Shown one piece after another: positions 50,868 through 63,621 of a stretch of 64,000 bases of DNA (positions are counted from its first letter, which is position 1; each line of letters starts with the position of its first letter). The DNA is from Botryllus schlosseri (taxonomy: Eukaryota): contig CM119384.1 in the NCBI GenBank assembly GCA_051294905.1, forward strand, positions 12,028,001 to 12,092,000, read 5' to 3'. The position numbers were made by a program, and so were the translations under genes. Below the pieces are notes generated by a model that was given only the letters and a program-made list of their open reading frames with translations, was not told the DNA's origin and searched no databases.

Positions 50868-51152
50868 CTTTGAGTGTTACAAAATGGTCAGCATTTGGCA
50901 GCATACGCAGTACACGTATTGATTTCACTTCATTGATGAAAATTTGCTGAACAAATCTTGCAAACCGTGAATGGGTTTCAACGTGTCTACTAACAGCATA
51001 ATGCCTTTCGGTAATAGTAATCACGCTTAAGTCGAACTCGCCCATAACGACGTCAGCTTTACAATGTGCAGCATTAACCGCAACCAATAAATTCACATCT
51101 CGGATGGAGATAGAGCAGAACTCTTGACATGTGAATATACCCACACTAACTT
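50868..51152 (-). pseudogene. Exon-like fragment resembling the N-terminal half of a trypsin/chymotrypsin-family protease domain
   Basis: Open frame ...FCSISIRDVNLLVAVNAAHCKADVVMGEFDLSVITITERHYAVSRHVETHSRF...FINEV..., bounded by tgcttag| and G|gtaata (285 nt, phase 1-1). No GDSGG-bearing exon found. Confidence 0.45.
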
Positions 51153-51338
51153 CTAAGCAACAATATAAATGTGAGATAATAATTTAGGATCGACACTGCC
51201 CAGCTTGACAGTAATTGTCATTCCGATGTCATTCATAAAGCGATAAAGCGAATTTTGCGTAGAAGCACATATTCGGATGTGGTCACCAACAAGATTCTTC
51301 CTTTTTTACGAAGTACCCCAACAGTACGATGGTTGTAC

Positions 51339-52869
51339 CATACAGATTGTGCGATATCGCGTGATTGTGCACACAAACAGAAATTATTCACTTTAACCAT
51401 TAGCAAACAGTCGGAGCTTCAGCTTATGTCCATAGCAAGTTTTAATATTATGTTATGAAATAGACATGTCAAACATGGCCTAACGCGATTAACAAATACT
51501 CGAGTCTGGCTTGGCAAACCCCATTTCACATCAACATCGTTGTTGATGCAAGGTGGACTGTAAATTTGTAGCAAACACACCGTAGAAAGACCCACGCGCA
51601 GTTAAAAATTAACTAAGTTACGAAACATTGATTCGGGGCTGGCCGACACGCGATCGATTGCTGCGAAATGTCCCAGAGCTGATAATGCTGCAAATTCACG
51701 GTATTGCCGCCGGGCAGTGTGATGTAAAACAACCCCATCATCCTTTATTTTTAAAATAGCACTTGTTTGGTTGAGATAGTATAGTCATTCTTCTTATAGT
51801 CGCGAAGAAGTATCTAGCAAATTTGAAAGGGTTAAGTGAGGATTGGCCGCCAAACGTATGTGATACCCCGTCCAATTTACAAACTCCAACTGCTTACTGG
51901 AGTATTCTCCGATTGCTCTCTCATACGTACGCTTCCAGTATAGTTTTTTGGGCTGTCTTGTCTTGTTTTCAACTAGAAATACTCATCGTTCCCCTAATGT
52001 ACTTGAGTAAAACTAATGACTACATTAATCAGTGATTACCGCAATGTATCACGCAAGGAGAAATCCGAAACATTGATGCTGTTGTAAGCACCAATCTGCA
52101 TTACCGTTCCAGACCTCCCCAGATCTGTCTGCATGAAAGCATAGGATTCGGAGATTTAGACCATATTTGGATTACGTTCGAGAGCAACTTGGTAACTAGG
52201 AAGCGTTAGCATAACTCTCTGGAAATGTCAATAGCGCAACACCGACCCGTCAGTTGATCATACGATGCATCCATGGAGTGTAAGCATTGTCGAGGTTTTC
52301 ATATTGTGACTTCGCCCCAAAATGTGATCAATACTGAATACCGAACCATGCAGACCCTATTTTTATGGTTATTGCGTATATTTTACTGGCTAGGTCGTCG
52401 CTCCTTAACGGGAGACTAGACAAAGTTTTTTCTTGGTGGCAAACATTTGCGCAGGGTTGGTTGTGTATGTGTTTCACCACACTGCCCCGTCGGCAATACC
52501 ATGAATTTGCAGCATTATCAGCTCCTGGACATTTCTCGGTTATCGGTCGCGTGTCAGCCTGTCCCGAACAAATGTTTCGCAATTTCGTTAATTTTTAACT
52601 GTGCTTGTATATTTCTAAAATCCGTTGGCTACAATTTTACAGTCCATCTCACATCAACATCGATGTTGATTTCAAATGGGCTTTGCCAAGCTAGGCTCGA
52701 GTATTTGTTGATCCGGTAAGGCCATGTTTGACATATCCATTTCATAACATCATGTTCAAACATACTATGGACATAAGCTGAGCGTCTAACAGTCCGAGTG
52801 TTTGCCGATGTTTAAGGTGAACAATTTCTGTTTGCATTCACTCTCACGCGATATCACACAATCGATATG
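51339..52869. repeat. Large old foldback element: inverted arms ~51339-51735 and ~52456-52869, ~720-bp spacer
   Basis: Continuous reverse-complement alignment, e.g. GAGCTGATAATGCTGCAAATTCA(C/T)GGTATTGCCG, AACAAATACTCGAG, GTCAAACATGGCC, CAGCTTATGTCCATAG; roughly 80% identity by eye; no TSD seen. Confidence 0.88.
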
Positions 52870-55800
52870 CCTGCTGCATTATGTTAGATTAGGATAAGTA
52901 CTTTCTGCAAGCTTCAAATTTACACTTATATGCGTGATCACTGATCAGTGACCACTGACCATGACCGCACAGAGATAGGTCACATAAATGCACGCCACCG
53001 CCGTCCAAATTTGCCTGTCTTGTCCATGGGATATATAAATCATAAGGTCTTTGTAAAGTCAACGATTCGTTGAAATAATTACTACGGATGTAATAGCTGT
53101 ATAAATTCACCGGTAATATTGCGTATACACAATGTTATGGAAGCTATTTACAGACAGAACGCGCACAGCTCGTCATCAAATGTCTCCGTCCCATCCAATA
53201 GCTACATGTAATATGTGGTCGAAGTATGTGCTTTTGGGTTAATATCGCATGAAACACCTCAACAACATGGCTCTATTTCCAGGTGATGAAGTTTCATATA
53301 TGTCCATTGTCCAGTCCATGCCCAATTTCCCAGTTGTCTGCACAATATCCGCGTACGTGCATCATCATGCAATCTATGCTGCCCGTCAAAAGCGCACAAC
53401 GTATCCATAGGGTCTCTCTCTGTTTTTGTTATATAGTAGTTATATGCAGTATTAAAGTTTTTCCTGCACATAGTACATTGAATTCTATCTTTATTTCGAA
53501 GATGACCTTTACGTCAAACCATATTTATGTACAATGTACATAATGGGTGTAGGACGAGAATCGCGCGATACCAGTTCTTGTTTTTTAACAACGCGTGTCA
53601 ATTGCGAGATAGGTGTGGTATGTTAGCAGAAAACCCACATGCGTAGTATCTATAGATCGAAGGTTTCCGACAGAATTTTCGCTGGAAAAATCCGAGCATC
53701 TAACTAAATATCCATCAAATAATATTCTTAGATGCTACATTGTACTCGCGGACATGAGTGTCATTGAACAAAACAATCTGTGCACAACACATACTTGGGC
53801 AACTGTATTATACAATGTAAATCATTATGACTCTCGAGAATACGGGATATCGTATGCTTCCAATGCGCTGTTCGCGAATTAGATATCTGTTTCTGATCTA
53901 ATTGACGTCGATTTGTCGATTTAGAATTCGCCAGCATAACTTATCTGACAGAGGCTTGACGATATAATATGATACCATGACTGACCGATATACAGTCTTC
54001 TTCTTTGAGCCAGTAATTTATCGGATACCTTGTTTAATGGTTGGTTACCAGCAGGAGTTCGCGACTCCAGACGCGTTTTCCTTTATGTGGCATCCACCTT
54101 CGCAGAATACCGCATACTTCTTAAATATCACCGCTGTTTGGAACAGCCACTGCGTATAATGGCGACCGACCAAAATACGAATTTGAGACTGACACCGATA
54201 TTTTTCGCAGCGCTGTCTCCGATTACCGATTACGAAGACCCTTGAATCCATGTATGGTTGTAGGGCTCGATATAATTTGGCACGCAACGCATGACTGTTG
54301 TCGTACTGACATAAAGCGTATTTTTGCGAAAACTGCTTGTTTTCAAGGTATTATGAGTGGGTAGATGGGGGAAGCATTCAACAGAACCTCGCATTTTTAG
54401 TTTCGCAGTACCCGGAGAGATTACTTGGATAAAAAAGTATCATCCATCAACAAATCTACATATCTTGAAGCATATCGATACCCCCTATTTACGCCGGATA
54501 ATCGTGATGGCTTTACCTTTTCACGAGAGGAATAAAAGGCTTCCTTCAAGACATGGGCTCACTTATACGCATGTAACGTAACGTAATTATGGACCTGCGG
54601 GCTTTTCATAGTCTAAAAAAAATCTGAAACAAAAGTAGGAGCAAAGTCCACAACGCATTGTCGCGGTAAAGGAAGACTTCGTGTTTGCTTTGATGGCATT
54701 GATGGTGGATATTACAGACGCGAATGTGACGTAAGAACGGCTTTGTTATTCTGTTATTGCTAACATAAACACCATAAATCCATGCTTTCTTCGGATTGAA
54801 ACAATGGGACCTGGGAATGGAGCCGGGTGCGATGTAAAGCGATACGGTGTGAATCGCTTGAAGGTGGTCAAAACAAGAGACGACCAGAGGGAATCGGTCA
54901 GTGATCACGAAGTCGAAGGCTGACATCCCGAGAAAAGAACAGCCCGAAGAAGTGTTTCTCAATAGATTGACAATATGACTTCGAAAGAATTCATTCCCGT
55001 GTCTTTATTTTGTAAAACTTTAAGCATGCGCTAGCAATTTATAGTGATTCAAATCGAAACTGGCGCAGTGAGTATCACGAATTCATGATACCGGTGCATG
55101 AAATCATGATACCGCTAAGTTCAAAACCCTAAGCTAAGTTTGACAAGCTCTCATTTTGCCAACGCTTGACTATGGGCAATGCGCATGGATGAGTGAGTAT
55201 TGACGTAAATCAGATCTTCCTAGAATAATATGGCAATTACAAATTACACTTTGGAATCTAGCTATAAGAATGTACTTGACTATTCAGTGTTCAGAATAGA
55301 GGTAAATGAAGTTGCTGCACCAAACAACATTTCACCACACAACTGCAGACAATGCTATGGGATACGTTGGCAGCTCAGGAATCGGCCTGATGATCAATGA
55401 TCAATGATCATAGATGTCGAAACGCCGTGAATACAAAATGATATCAGCAGTGGCGCAATGGCAGTGAAAATAAATTATAAAAGTCGATATCATGTAACGA
55501 TGTTTCAATTGACGGCCGGATATCTTCCTACAAAGAAAGCCATTTTCAAGTATAGCCTTGACGGCGAAATCACCTGACGATGTTGTACAATACCGGGAAT
55601 TCGTAGACCATGATGGCACATGTGTGTTCTATTAAATTTTGGACTTCTACCGCAAGTGTGTCCGTTGTCCGCTCAGATCAGTCTGCGTTCCGCCATCAAC
55701 TATACATTTGCATACTCCCTCAAAAATATACTGCCGAAGCAGATTAACAGAAATTATGAAATAGTAATGTGTAATGTTAGATAATAGTTAACCTATGACC

Positions 55801-57021
55801 GCGAAATGAGTGCGGAGCAGCCTTATAAGGCTTCGATCCGGCTTTATTTATGTATGAGCATTGAGCAACAACAGCAACATCAGCATTGCCTTTTGTGTAG
55901 TCCGTTTCTCCTCAGTCGCAAAATAATTAGAAGCACCGGGCGACGATCGCTGCAGCTCACCAACAGAACAACAGTTTTCAAGCCGATTATGTAATTGACA
56001 AGTCGATAGAGAGCTTTCCAAATGCACTCGACTAACGGTTTTGGCCGGGATTGTGTTGATAAATCGGTGTTGCGATTTCGATGACCGGCACTTACAATAT
56101 GGGTTGATATCGCTTCAAAGTCACTTGATGATAATGAAAGTTATACACGGCAAAGATTCCGCTCCTCACAACGCTGGGGAGATTTCAAACACAGCCACTC
56201 AGCCAGTTGTCATAGAGAGCAGCAATTGAACTGTGGTTCGTCCCGTACGGCTGCAGACCATGACAAAATAATGGCATTCGATCATAATGGACGTAAATGG
56301 ACGGTGATAAACTTTGGGAACTATCGCATTACATTATCTCATGGATCTAGAGTTCGCGTTACGTCCACGTATTGAAACGGCAGAAAGACTCTGTTTGTGA
56401 TTCAGCTTTGCGAGTCAGTAGCTATCGTGGACACGGGTAAACTTGTTTGTGTTGCCGGGTATGAATAGTTGAATATGTATACGGCGACAATGGGCCGAAG
56501 AAATACATGGGTAAGGTTGTTTCCAACTAAATTGTATATCATTAAGTAGTGTTACTATTCAACGCGTGTAATCGGGATGTAATTATTTGAACCGTGAAGG
56601 GTATACGATACGGTATCAGTCCAGCATGTAGCGCTGTATCTATCAGTTACCCTCCATTTAGTAATGCTACCTTTCGGCACTTTGAAGCAAGACGCGTGTG
56701 CTCGCGGTTAATCCCAAAAACAGGAAATATCAACCTAAAACTAGAAAGTTTGATAAGCCTCTGAGATTTTCTCCCAATTGCGGGGGTTGAGATGGATGGT
56801 GACTGGTGAGTAAGGGATACCATTCAAGGCTACAAATATATATATATCTTTCATCGAATTCGGAATCACGACGGTTCTATGATAACCATGATCGGTCATA
56901 TCACAAAAAACCTGGTGCCGTCAGCTACTGCACTGAATTCTAATGCTCGCGACTCGCTAGGCCGCTAGGGAGTTTGCCCAGGCTGCGTACTGCGGTGACA
57001 GTGCCTTATGAAGTTCAGAAC

Positions 57022-57165
57022 CATCATCATCATCATCATTGGTTTATTAGCAATTTTATCAGTTCAATACACCACAAAAATGCGATACAATGAAAAGACA
57101 GGAAGATGTCGAAGCGACAAGGAGTAGTCTATGGAATCTGACACCCACCTTGGCCTAGGCGATGT
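57022..57165 (-). mobile_element. Retroposon 3' tail fragment with (ATG)6 end
   Basis: Reverse complement of 19609-19721, with additional 5' homology to 12028-12088. Confidence 0.75.
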
Positions 57166-57382
57166 AAAGAGGAGGCATGCACTGCACAGTGCACACTGAA
57201 TGAAAGTAAAGAAGATAGTATAGAAAAAGAATGCGACAAGAAATAGGGCGGCATGTCATGGGAAGGGAGATCGATAGGTCAGTCGTGGTCCGGTAATCTT
57301 AACCACATAAACCAGTATGACAGTATGGGAATACGGGACGGGTACGGGAATCAGGTGATTGACGTTTGGGCACAGTATAGTC

Positions 57383-57690
57383 CAGTGGTTCCCAACGTGG
57401 GCGATATCGCCCCCCAGGGGGCGATTTGGCGGTCTAGGGGGCGAAAATGACTAAGGGGGCGACAGGGGGGCGTAAATGGACAAAGGGGGCGGCGGGGGGC
57501 GAAAATAGCGAAGGGAAGATGACGCCTTAAAACGGCTGATCTTTTTTTTTTTTTTGTAGTCAACCCACGGAAATTTAGTAACAAAAGTGTGTCAAATTTG
57601 ACATCGAGCCGAAAATTTGACCTTGGGGGGCGATGATCGGTGTTGACCTTGAAAAGGGGGCGATGGGTCGAAAAAGGTTGGGAACCACTG
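57383..57690. mobile_element. Buster/Charlie-like hAT MITE with GGGGGCG repeats
   Basis: 14-bp TIR CAGTGGTTCCCAAC/GTTGGGAACCACTG; TSD GTATAGTC vs GATAGTC (1-nt indel). Confidence 0.9.
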
Positions 57691-60600
57691 GATAGTCGAA
57701 AATCGATAGCAATAAAAAAGAATCAAAATCCACACATAATTCTTGCCGGAAATTTCATTGCAGGGACATAAAATATTGAGCTTTTCTCAAGTGGTTTCAT
57801 AAAATAGGCGGCGTCTCAACAATTCTACACGGTGCACCGAATGCTCTCTCTTTGTCCAAAATTGATTGCCGAGAAAAACTTTTCTGCTAAGATAGGATTA
57901 GGTACGCAGCGCGCACCGCACACACAATGCTATCAGTCAGCTGACGTGCCGGTGTCTGCCATCTTGATTTGCCGGGCGTAAAAGAGAGTGAAGGATAACT
58001 CGTGAATAAGTGATGAGCTCTCTTACATCGGCAAGCAGGACCCAAACGAACTGTGACAGATAATCATATCAGCAAGATAAGGAAAGAAACCTAGTCTCGT
58101 CCGTGAAGCTTTTAGAGTGCTGGCGGCGTGAAGAGCAAAATAAATGAAACGTCCTTTCCATAAAATGAAAATAACCCTCTGTCTCATGCGGCTCAAGTGT
58201 CGTGCTGTTGGTGCCTGAGTTTGAGATTAGTCCAACACAGGGTCAGGGTTTACAACCCAATTTAAGGTGCTACGCCAGCTGATTTCCAGCGGAGAGACCC
58301 AACAAAGGGTGGGGAATTATCTGCAGATTTTTTGCGCCGAATAAGTAACTCGGCGACGCGTTTTCAAAACAAGGCAGTGCGATATCAATGCGGAAACTTT
58401 TCAGATTTCATATATATATATCTAAAATTCCAATCCTCTAAGGTTACTTTGTTTGGTCACAGGGATTGCTGCTGCGATTGCTATCGGGTTGGACGATCGG
58501 CGAAAACATGTCGGTGTTAGGCGTCAGTCGCAAATCGATAAACAATATCTGGGTTCCTTATTTCGACGGGTGGTCATGGTCATCCGATATGTAACAGGCT
58601 AATGCTATCGCAAAATTAGGCATAGAAGGGCCTTTTCTGAAGTGACTGCCTATACGAGTCTTTGTCAAGTTTGTTATTGCCGCGTTCTGGTATAAGGTTA
58701 CGTGTTTTCGTCTTAAATTCCACTTGGCAGAATCAAGCGTATTCGACGGTTTTTATTCACAACCCTAGCCCCAGACCCATACTTGAAGTGAAACGATAAT
58801 GACGATGCAGTCTTAACAGGTCTGTACGGAGTGCCACATCACAAATACGCTAGAAAAAACGCCCATATTAATGCGTTTATCAGATTTTGATTATGTCTAT
58901 TCTTTCATAAATGGAGTTTCTTGCTTAATTATTAATTGATTGAGCAATGAGCACGTGGGCTACAACACAAAAACATGTATACATGATCAAAATTAACAGA
59001 ATTATATGAATGATGCTGCCCGGTGTCCAGAAGTCTACCGCAATGGATTTCTTCAAAATAAAAGGACATTCTGACGCGTATTCACCATCAGGGAACCCGA
59101 AAATATCACCACTGCTGAACATTGAACAACCGAGCATACCAGAGGAACCTCTGAATCAATTCGCGCGGACTTATAAAATTTGAAGCCGTTTTCAGTGATT
59201 GTTTACGATTCGGCGCGGTGTCGTATTGGGTAACGATCGTCACAATTGCACTCATCATGAGATTTCCATTTTGCTGTTAACGGGCGAATTCAAAACAATT
59301 ATTACATACCAAACTGAAGTGAATATCTTGTTTATTACACATAGCGTTCCGTGACCACTCTTTGATCACCATCCGCGGATACAATAAACGCAGCTTGATA
59401 TTGCGCTGATAAATTACATTGTTTCGACGAAATGGGGCCTGCGACTGACGTCATAGCATGGGTTCTTCGAAAACATGTTGGCTGATCGCTGGGTTTAATC
59501 CGTCAGACGAATCTCACAGCGATCAGGCTCGATATGCACCTGATCCAATGATGTTAATGAGAGATAAATGAATAGGAGAAAGACGCTTTTGCAGAAGTGC
59601 TGTTCACTTTATTGATGGGACATGTACCACCATTCACCTGTACTCCAGAGCGAGCACAAGAATCTCCAAGTGACACTCACCAGTGTGATATACGTCAGAG
59701 TTTGTGTGTATTACATGCACAAACACAATGTAGAAGCGAGTAGCGACACTGTAACGATCTATATCAGATGTTTGACCCACTTACTCGGCTTTGTTTTCTG
59801 CGATAACAGTTCGCTGATGCCAGGATGACAAACGCAGTCAGAGACTCATAACATCACCGCTTTCATCGTTCTTGACGCAGCTGTATGGTATTCCTGGCCT
59901 GACCTAGTTTACTCGTGCCTGCCACCTATAGGCCATGAGTCACTTGTCAGACACATGCCATAACATAACAAGGGATGTTGATCGCTGCAACCCTTACCAG
60001 TTCATCTTCGAAAAACACGACCAACACAAAATATGCATGAATATGCAAGAAAGTCCAAGCTCAAAATTGTCGCTGTATTTACGGGATTGTAGACGCGTTG
60101 AGGCCCATATGTTTTATGCATGATTCATGGTGGATCATAGAATTGATATAGGTCAATAACGTAGAACCCATCAAGGCCTTTTTGAATACAAGTAATGACC
60201 GACATCCCCTGCCAATCGGCGACATGCTAGCTAACGTTTAACACCTAGTGTCACATCAGAATTACGTCTTTTGTTGAGACACATGGGTGAGATTGTTTGC
60301 CAAATGTACGCACGACAATAAGTTAAAAAAACAAATGTAAGTCGGTCAGGAAATTATCGGATATGCGCCTAGCATCACCAGCTTGTTGTTGAAGCCTAGC
60401 CTCAATGAGAATTGTGCAAATCGCCCACTCGCAACGGCTCAATGTCTTTCGTATCAACTATTGAACTCGTGTACTCGCTTCCTGTGCTTTCTGCGAAGGG
60501 CATCGAGAACTTTCTTGAAGACTCAATAAGCACTACTTTTGAGCACATTTGATTGAAAAGTAGCTTCGCTACATCATAGCGATCCTGGTGCTGTCCTTTA

Positions 60601-61002
60601 AAGTCAACTCTACGAACTTGCTGACTCGGCTATACATGCGGCTGAAACGTGTTTTCGTCATTTATCGGCACTCCATTTATGGATATCCGCAACATGAGCA
60701 CATCCTTATAAGATAGTCAAATCCCTCGAATGTATGCCCTGTATTGGGATGTACGCATTGGTATTGCGTGGTAATATAGTTGCAGATTTATGCATAATGC
60801 GCGGGCCATGTCGTTGTAGCCAAAAGTGACGGCACAACTGCAGGTAACGTATTATCGATGCTGAATCGGTGCTGCGTATTTGATTGTTTCCTAAGCTACC
60901 GAGAGACCTATTGATTCATCAAATACAGCTGCTTCCTGACACCGTGTTGCAAGTCGAATTGCTGCATATATTCAAATGCACATTCGCCATTATCCTATAC
61001 AG

Positions 61003-62350
61003 CAGGGTTGTCAAACTCAACTAGCGTCGCGGGCCGGATTCAAACCTACAGATCGCTCACGGGCCGCACCAGTCAAATAATTCCATAATGTTACCTCGAA
61101 ATGTTACCTTGTTTGTCACTTGAGTACTTTATTATCAAACATCTTATTTAGGGCTGGGCAAAATCGAGTACCTGAGTGATTCGATTCTGAGTCACGTAAT
61201 ATGCTTCGAGTCGAGTCGAGTAATCGAGTATCACTCGTTATTACGTCATAAAAGAATGTAATATGTAAAAGTTCAAATATGTACCGTTTATGCCCCCACA
61301 ACGAATATAATGCATTGTATCCATCTCGTAAATGATATTTTGGTATTGTTTCTACCATACCGATTTCATTCCACTTGGTGACAATGTTGTGGAATAATCA
61401 TGACTTCGGGAATGTGCTACGTCCAGTAACCTTCGTAGCTTCGTACCATATGTTTCGTATCCTACGATACCGCCAATCAAGGTTTCAAGGCTTCAGCAGT
61501 GAAAATTAGTATCGAAACTATAATTCTCGTTATTAAATTAACTTTCAGTGGCGAGAAGCGTATAATTTCAGTACTCGAAAAAATCGTATTTTACTACTCG
61601 ACTCGAATCATTCAAATTAATATTCGATTCAGATTCGAGTACTCGAATCATTGTGCCCAGCCCTACTTATTATACGAACGATAGGGTTGTATCATACCAA
61701 CACCGTTGTTCGCGAATAATGGAATTGGCAAAATACGATGATTGACCGGTTGAATATAGTTAACAACCATTAAAACAGTGACTCCAACGGTGATATAAGT
61801 TGGCATATTTCAATGCTCCCTTTATTTGAGTCTTAATCTGCCGTTAGCCTTGCGTATGCGTCGTGAAGAATGCAAGAGATATTAACCGTAAACGCGGACG
61901 TTGGGATTTGGTTCATCAGGCTATCATGCAATCGGGATACGGGATTCTCTGGAGGTCGGGAACTTTTCAGTCAGAAATGATACAGCACAGCGTTTAACTA
62001 ATATTCATTATCTGATCTGCATATAACGGTCTTGCACTGGCGTTTTCGATTATGTCAATGACTACTCTACGGTAATTTCTTCCATAAAACTGGAAATGCA
62101 TTGTGCAATTCTTGCCTGCTCGGATTTTGGTGACAATATCGCCGACTTGGTCCTAATGGTGAGTAGAGTGAAACTACAATACCATTGCCTATCAGGATGC
62201 TCGACATTTGCTGCCTTAGGGGATTGTTTGAAGAAAGTATTTCCTACATGTTGGAAATGTGCTGGATTATTCAAGCATTTTCCAATTTACTCAGAATGGC
62301 TCCGCGGGCCGGATGAAGTCGTCTGGCGGGCCGTATGTTTGACACCCCTG
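61003..62350. mobile_element. Buster/Charlie-like hAT element hosting a nested MITE
   Basis: TIR CAGGGTTGTCAAAC/GTTTGACACCCCTG; GCGGGCCG subterminal repeats; TSD CTATACAG/ATATACAG (7/8). Confidence 0.88.
61149..61665. mobile_element. hAT-type MITE, TAGGGCTGGGCA family, copy 3 (nested)
   Basis: Same TIRs and body as copies 1 and 2; flanking direct repeat is only CTTATT (6 bp). Confidence 0.93.
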
Positions 62351-62894
62351 ATATACAGCTTCGATTTTTGAGCATCGTGGCTGCTCCGAACTATCATGTT
62401 AAATGGAAAGTAAAGGTAGACTCACTCGAGTTCTGCGCCCCGATGCAAGTATAATGAACAGCTGAACACACTATTGCTATCGTATATGGTATAATCCATA
62501 GTTTTATTTATTTTTATCCGCTCAAGCTGGGGCTAAAATACTTAACTACCATAGGCCCACACAACCGATACATGAGACCCAATGTGCTGCAATTAACAGA
62601 TAGGAGGATATCGATACGACCAGTTACAGTCTCTCTTGAAATCAAAAATCCACCATGACCAAATGCCCACTGCAACAGTGTTCTAACAGAGGTCTTCAAG
62701 GCAAACTATGGGTTATGGCGACCCTCTACTGGGTCATGACATTGATTTCAGTTGGTCTCAGATATTGTGTTGGTAGGCTATACAGCATTGATTTTCAACC
62801 TGGAGATGGCGAAGGTACCGACGTTTTCGGGTATTCAGCTTCCCAGATATGCCAGTGAGTAGATCTGGACGAACGTGTTAACCTTCATTTAGTA

Positions 62895-63562
62895 CATTGG
62901 TTCCCAACCAGGGGTGAATTCTGAAATTTTTAGGGAGGAATTTGGCTTTAGGGTTGTAACGCATGATACGATGGGCTCAGAAGTTTTATGGTTTTATGGA
63001 CTTATGGTAGAACTGTAAATTATGAAACTAGTTCTTCTTTGTAATTGTATGTTTATTTTATCGGATTATTAGCGGGATATATGTTTAAATGCGTTTTAAA
63101 TCTTCCCTTTCCGTAGAATTTCCATCCCCTAAAAAAGCGAGGCTCGCGAGACGATTTCGTTGAGCCCGCGACAGCCTCCCAACCAAATTGCTACTAAGCA
63201 GGGAAAGGTCATGCTGAATTCAGCAAAAGCGAACTTGGTGATTTATTTGTAGTCAGGAGCTACGCGACAGGTAAAAAACAGGTCAAATTTAGACAACAAC
63301 GGAAAGTGATGACCTAATTTCACCTACTGTTGAATAATTGATATGGAAGTAGCTGGCGGTACTTAACCAAAGTGTAATGCGGTCCGCTTTCGACATAGTT
63401 TGGGCAAATCTAAATATGTTTGGGCATATATTGCCCACTCAGCAAATGGTTGTGCGTTAAAAAGCATATTTTTTAGTCACCGGGCAACTTGTTCTAAGGG
63501 GGGAATTTTTGGTCAAATATCGGCCAAGGGGTCCACGCGACGAAAAAGGTTGAGAACTACTG
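62895..63562. mobile_element. Buster/Charlie-like hAT MITE
   Basis: TIR CATTGGTTCCCAACC/GGTTGAGAACTACTG; perfect TSD ATTTAGTA. Confidence 0.88.
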
Positions 63563-63621
63563 ATTTAGTAGATAGTTAATGAAATCTAGAGGAGGACCAC
63601 GTGACACATTCAAATCCGATT

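Noticed and set aside
52889-53110. PW..QANL...HLC..SL resembling a trypsin N-terminal strand
   Set aside because: Partly produced by a low-complexity GGTCA quasi-repeat; no catalytic motif.
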